A DNA stretch of 64,000 nucleotides, taken from assembly GCA_963806485.1 (NCBI GenBank), contig CAWDXY010000001.1, positions 654,212-718,211 on the forward strand, in the 5' to 3' direction. Below, piece after piece: positions 59,896 to 64,000 of this stretch (its first letter is position 1; the number at the start of each line of letters is the position of its first letter). The position numbers and the translations under genes are program-made. This DNA comes from an uncultured delta proteobacterium. GTDB taxonomy: Bacteria; Desulfobacterota; Binatia; Binatales; Binataceae. Below the pieces are notes generated by a model that saw only the letters and a list, made by a program, of their open reading frames with translations, ran no database searches and had not been told where the DNA came from.

Positions 59896-60177
59896 TCACC
59901 GGTGATAATCGACAATCTCGACGTTTGACGCATCTCCCTTATGCCACACGAAACAGATTCGATACTGCTCGTTGATTCGAATACTGTGCTGCCCGCGACG
60001 GTCGCCCTTCAGAGCCTCCAGGTTGTTGCCGCGCGCAGCGGCCAGATCGCCGAGTTGTCGAGCGGAGTCCAACGCTTCCAGTTTCCGACGTGCAGCGCGC
60101 TCGATGTGCCGCAATGCTGGTACCTCCTGCTGTTCAAAAAGAGCTTTTGCGCGGGAATCGCGAAAGCTCCTGATCAT
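59896..60177 (-). CDS. higB: HigB-like toxin (RelE/ParE superfamily)
   Basis: IRSFRDSRAKALF...QHSIRINEQYRICFVW..GDASNVEIVDYH. Lies immediately upstream of higA and is co-oriented with it. Confidence 0.75.
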   Translation of the reverse strand: MIRSFRDSRAKALFEQQEVPALRHIERAARRKLEALDSARQLGDLAAARGNNLEALKGDRRGQHSIRINEQYRICFVWHKGDASNVEIVDYHR

Positions 60178-60295
60178 AAACCATTGTTAACTCGCTACGC
60201 GGTTACCGTCAAACAGTAAACGCAGCGCGAAAACCGTAAATCATTGCGACCACCGATGCTTTCGAGGCGCTAATTCATCTGCGATAATTGCATTA

Positions 60296-61345
60296 GTGGC
60301 ACGACAGGTAGCAAACGATGCGGTTATCGAGGCGCTTGGGCACGTAAAGTATCCCGGTTACGACGCCGATATCGTTGCGCTTGGAATTGTCGAGGATGCC
60401 CAGCCGGACCAGAACGGCGGTTACGCGATCACGATTCGGCAGGTCAGCGAGCGTGACGAGGTGATTCGCGAACTCGCCGCCAAAATCCATCATGCGCTCA
60501 CTCACGACCTCGGCGTACCAAAAGTCGAGTTGCGGGTGCGTCGGATTGAGGCCGAGCTGGGCGAGAAAACCGGGCGCGTGCGGCTCGAGGGCACCAAGCA
60601 CATTATTGCGGTGGGAAGCGGGAAGGGCGGAGTCGGCAAATCGACCGTCGCGGCGAATATCGCGGTGGCGCTCGCGCGCTTGGGGCTCAGTGTCGGCCTG
60701 CTCGACGCCGACATCTACGGGCCGTCAGTGCCGATGATGTTCAACGTCGGCGATGAGCGGCCGAAGTCGGCGGGCGGACAGAATTTCTACCCGATCGAAA
60801 AGTACGGCGTGAAGCTGATCTCGATCGGATTTTTTCTGGGCGAGAAGGCGCCGGTCATCTGGCGCGGGCCGATGGTGATGGGCGCGGTGCGACAATTTCT
60901 CAAGGACACGCTGTGGGGCAGTCAGGATTTTCTAATCGTCGATCTTCCGCCGGGCACCGGCGACGCGCAGCTCACGCTCGCGCAGCAGGTCTCGCTCGAC
61001 GGCGCCGTGATCGTGACGACGCCACAGGACGTCGCGCTGCTTGACGCGACGCGCGCGGTCAAGATGTTTCGCCAGGTGCATTGCCCGATTCTCGGCGTGG
61101 TCGAGAACATGAGCTATTTCGTGTGTCCCGACTGCGGCGAGCGCGACGAACTTTTCGGCTACGGCGGCGGCGAGCGGATGGCCGCCGAGGAAGGGACGCA
61201 ACTGCTCGCGAGGATCCCGATCTATCCCGACGTGCGGCAGGCCGGCGACGACGGCATGCCGATCACCGTCGCCAACCCCGCCCATCCGGCCAGCGTGGCG
61301 TTCATCGACCTCGCGCGGCGGATGGTGAACGCCGTTGCGGATTGA
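60296..61345 (+). CDS. apbC: Mrp/NBP35 family iron-sulfur cluster carrier ATPase
   Basis: N-terminal DUF59-like domain, Walker A GKGGVGKST, and the CPxC motif (CPDCGE). Confidence 0.9.
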   Translation: MARQVANDAVIEALGHVKYPGYDADIVALGIVEDAQPDQNGGYAITIRQVSERDEVIRELAAKIHHALTHDLGVPKVELRVRRIEAELGEKTGRVRLEGTKHIIAVGSGKGGVGKSTVAANIAVALARLGLSVGLLDADIYGPSVPMMFNVGDERPKSAGGQNFYPIEKYGVKLISIGFFLGEKAPVIWRGPMVMGAVRQFLKDTLWGSQDFLIVDLPPGTGDAQLTLAQQVSLDGAVIVTTPQDVALLDATRAVKMFRQVHCPILGVVENMSYFVCPDCGERDELFGYGGGERMAAEEGTQLLARIPIYPDVRQAGDDGMPITVANPAHPASVAFIDLARRMVNAVAD

Positions 61346-61434
61346 CGACTAACAACTTGCTCCACCTGCCCCGCGCCGATATTGTTGGCGTTCGGTCGTT
61401 TTGTTGAATTCGCGATCGTGCTCGGAGCTCGAAG

Positions 61435-61770
61435 ATGTCCACGCTGATAACAGAAGAATGCATCAACTGCGGTGCGTGCGAGCCGGAGTGCCCCAACACC
61501 GCGATTTACGAAGGCGGCGCGCAGTGGGAGCTCAACGGCGCGACCAAGCCCGCGATCAAGGACGATATCTATTACATCGTGCCCGACAAGTGCACCGAAT
61601 GCGTCGGCTTCTTCGATCAGGAACAGTGCGCGGCGGTGTGCCCGGTCGATTGCTGCATCCCCGATCCTAACATTCCCGAGACCGAAGAGGTGCTAATCGA
61701 TCGCGCTCGCGTGCTGCATCCCGATCAAACCTTCGGCGCTGAATTCCCGTCGCGGTTTCGCAAGGGCTGA
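61435..61770 (+). CDS. 4Fe-4S ferredoxin (YfhL-like)
   Basis: [12 protein letters not shown] and CTECVGF...[10 protein letters not shown] cluster motifs. Confidence 0.8.
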   Translation: MSTLITEECINCGACEPECPNTAIYEGGAQWELNGATKPAIKDDIYYIVPDKCTECVGFFDQEQCAAVCPVDCCIPDPNIPETEEVLIDRARVLHPDQTFGAEFPSRFRKG

Positions 61771-61789
61771 CGCCAAGGAGCTCTGAAGT

Positions 61790-63109
61790 TTGACGACCAA
61801 AGGTCCCGTCCCGATTGCGCCCGCGGACGGCAAGCTCGGCGTTCTGCTTCCCGGCATCGGCGCGGTCAGCACGACGTTCATCGCGGGAGTCGAGGCGGTC
61901 AAGCGCGGGCTGGGCGCGCCGATCGGATCGCTGACGCAGCTCGCCACCGTTCGTCTCGGCAAGCGCACCGAGGGCCGCACGCCACTCATCAAGGATTTCG
62001 TCCCGCTGGCCAAGCTGGAAGACCTCGAATTCGGCGGCTGGGACATTTACGAGGACAGCGCGTATGAAGCCGCGCTCAACGCAGCGGTGCTCGATCGCCG
62101 GCTCCTGGAGCAGGTGCGCGAGCCGCTGGAAAAACTTCATCCGATGGATGCAGTTTTCGATCAGGACTACGTGCGCAACATTCGCGGTCCCAATCTGAAG
62201 GAAGCGCGCACCAAGATGGACAAGGCCGCGATGCTGATGGACGACATCCGGCAATTCCAGAAGCGCACCGGAGTCGCGCGCACCGTGATGGTGTGGTGCG
62301 GCTCGACGGAGGTCTTCCATCAGCCGGCCGCCGTGCATGAGACGTTGAAATCCTTCGAGGCCGGGCTCGCGAATAACGATCCTGAAATCGCGCCGAGCCA
62401 GATCTACGCGTACGCCGCGCTCAAGATGGGAATCCCGTACGCGAACGGCGCGCCCAACCTGACGACAGACACGCCCGCGCTGCTCGAGCTCGCGCGCGAA
62501 ACCAATCTCCCGATCTGTGGCAAGGACTTCAAGACGGGGCAGACGTTTATGAAGACGCTGATCGCGCCGGGATTGAAGGCGCGCATGCTCGGGATGTCGG
62601 GATGGTTCTCTATCAACATCCTTGGCAATCGCGACGGCGAGGTGCTCGAGGATCCCGGCTCTTTCAAGTCCAAGGAAGAGACCAAGCTGTCGGTGCTCGA
62701 CCAGATCCTCCAGCCCGAATTGCATCCGCAGCTTTACAGCGACGTGTTCCACTCGGTGAAAATCAATTACTACCCCCCGCGCGGCGACTCGAAGGAGGGG
62801 TGGGACAATATCGATATCTTCGGATGGCTCGGCTATCCGATGCAGATCAAGATTAACTTTCTGTGCCGCGATTCGATCCTGGCGGCGCCGCTGGTGCTCG
62901 ACCTCGTGCTGTTTCTCGACCTGGCGCATCGCGCGGGCATGCGCGGCATCCAGGAGTGGCTGTCGTTCTACTTCAAGGCGCCTATGCACGCGCCGAACAT
63001 CTATCCCGAGCACGACATCTTCATCCAGCTGATGAAGCTCAAGAACACGTTGCGCTGGATGCGCGGCGAGGACCCGATCACGCACCTCGGCCTCGAATAC
63101 TATGACTGA
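61790..63109 (+). CDS. Inositol-3-phosphate synthase
   Basis: Bacterial/archaeal MIPS pattern (GVLLPGIGAVSTTFIAG, WCGSTE, NGAPNLTTDTPAL). Confidence 0.8.
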   Translation: MTTKGPVPIAPADGKLGVLLPGIGAVSTTFIAGVEAVKRGLGAPIGSLTQLATVRLGKRTEGRTPLIKDFVPLAKLEDLEFGGWDIYEDSAYEAALNAAVLDRRLLEQVREPLEKLHPMDAVFDQDYVRNIRGPNLKEARTKMDKAAMLMDDIRQFQKRTGVARTVMVWCGSTEVFHQPAAVHETLKSFEAGLANNDPEIAPSQIYAYAALKMGIPYANGAPNLTTDTPALLELARETNLPICGKDFKTGQTFMKTLIAPGLKARMLGMSGWFSINILGNRDGEVLEDPGSFKSKEETKLSVLDQILQPELHPQLYSDVFHSVKINYYPPRGDSKEGWDNIDIFGWLGYPMQIKINFLCRDSILAAPLVLDLVLFLDLAHRAGMRGIQEWLSFYFKAPMHAPNIYPEHDIFIQLMKLKNTLRWMRGEDPITHLGLEYYD

Positions 63110-63114
63110 GCGCC

Positions 63115-63360
63115 TTGAAGATAATTCATTTTGAAATTCTCGCTGAAATTGCCAGCATTGAGACTATCGCCCGTTCGGGCGGCATCCGCGAGCTTAAGCG
63201 GCTGCGCAAGGCCTACGGGGCCGGCAACTGGCGCAAGCGAAAAGGCGTTGCGCGAGTGCGGCTCGCCGATGGTACGATTGTGAACGGTGAGGTCCATTGG
63301 TATGAGGCGCATGGCCGCGGTAAAAAGGAGGTCAAACTGAAACGGATATGGAGCGATTGA
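63115..63360 (+). CDS. Small conserved hypothetical protein
   Basis: 81 aa with a conserved-looking EVHWYEAHGRGKKEVKLKRIW C-terminus. Its stop overlaps the next ORF by 13 bp. Confidence 0.4.
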   Translation: MKIIHFEILAEIASIETIARSGGIRELKRLRKAYGAGNWRKRKGVARVRLADGTIVNGEVHWYEAHGRGKKEVKLKRIWSD

Positions 63361-63602
63361 TCCACAGAAACGGAAGCCTGCGTTTCCTGCTCTGCGTTCA
63401 GAACAGATCCTATCGCACTTCGCTGGAGATCCGGAAAGTTTATCGCGCGCTTCCAGATCCCGATGGCGAACGGCACGGCTTGGTGCGGGTAATCGACGAG
63501 AGTGGCGAAGACTATCTATACCCGCGCCGCTACTTTGTGGATATCGATGTGCCGAAGCCGGCGCAGAAGTGCTTCTCACGCGCCCAGGCCAGCGCCCAGT
63601 GA
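63348..63602 (+). CDS. Small hypothetical protein
   Basis: 84 aa. Forms a two-gene module with 63115-63360. GC about 55%. Confidence 0.35.
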   Translation: MERLIHRNGSLRFLLCVQNRSYRTSLEIRKVYRALPDPDGERHGLVRVIDESGEDYLYPRRYFVDIDVPKPAQKCFSRAQASAQ

Positions 63603-63607
63603 GCCGA

Positions 63608-64000
63608 ATGTCCCCGCTCAAGGACAAGACGATCGTGCTTGGCGTGAGTGGCGGAATCGCCGCCTACAAATCCGCGGAACTGGTGCGCTTGCTTGTAAAT
63701 TCGGGCGCGAACGTTCGCGTTATGATGACGCGCAACGCCACCCAGTTCATCACACCGCTCACGCTCCAGACGCTGAGCTCGAATCCGGTTGCCACCGATA
63801 CCTTCTCGCTGACGCAGGAATCCGAGATCGGGCACATACGGCTCGCCGACAGCGCCGACGCGATCGTGATCGCACCCGCGACGGCCGATGTGATCGCCAA
63901 GGCTGCCGTCGGTATCGCCGACGACATCGTGACGACTGTCTTGCTCGCGACGCGCGCGAAAGTTGCGTTTGCGCCGTCGATGAACGTGCACATGTACGAG
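63608..64000 (+). CDS. coaBC: Phosphopantothenoylcysteine decarboxylase / CoaBC flavoprotein domain (5' partial at window end)
   Basis: KTIVLGVSGGIAAYKSAELVRLL...ATQFITPLTLQ...IRLADSADAIVIAPATADVIAK. Confidence 0.8.
   Translation, partial: MSPLKDKTIVLGVSGGIAAYKSAELVRLLVNSGANVRVMMTRNATQFITPLTLQTLSSNPVATDTFSLTQESEIGHIRLADSADAIVIAPATADVIAKAAVGIADDIVTTVLLATRAKVAFAPSMNVHMYE

Overview
High-GC (~65-68%) chromosomal segment from a Gram-negative (diderm) bacterium, dense with genes on both strands. It is largely core metabolism and housekeeping, punctuated by several lower-GC accessory insertions. Recognisable RNA genes are a four-gene tRNA cluster (Pro-Arg-His-Lys) and a lone tRNA-Arg. Core genes include a NIPSNAP protein, a short-chain dehydrogenase (SDR), CBS and CYTH proteins, and a DksA/TraR-type zinc finger with lysine-rich and AT-hook tails. 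There is a response regulator/PAS histidine kinase/response regulator cluster, a GH63 hydrolase, and a roughly 900-aa secreted beta-helix protein with Chlamydia-Pmp-like GGAI/FxxN repeats. A TetR-HlyD-ABC efflux operon and a cluster of three uncharacterised secreted proteins follow. Further core genes are purN, purM, glutaredoxin, a GT2 glycosyltransferase, comF, a CoA transferase, TolC, an RluA pseudouridine synthase, uvrA, pgeF, two acyl-CoA dehydrogenases, uvrB, two enoyl-CoA hydratases, Mrp/ApbC, a ferredoxin, inositol-3-phosphate synthase and coaBC (partial). Accessory items are a HicB-like orphan antitoxin, a higBA pair, and a frameshifted low-GC PIN-like gene inserted between comF and a methyltransferase with a duplicated junction. 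Others are a roughly 3.75-kb segment bracketed by a 35-bp direct repeat of the 3' end of a response-regulator gene, a tandem triplication of OmpA-like polyproline lipoproteins, a low-GC islet downstream of uvrB encoding an AlbA_2/Schlafen-like protein, and a GIY-YIG nuclease enclosed by roughly 97-bp inverted repeats. Three genes show single-base frameshifts, so the assembly may carry indel errors. No CRISPR array, rRNA, integrase or transposase was recognised. All calls come from reading the sequence and ORF translations; no database search was run.
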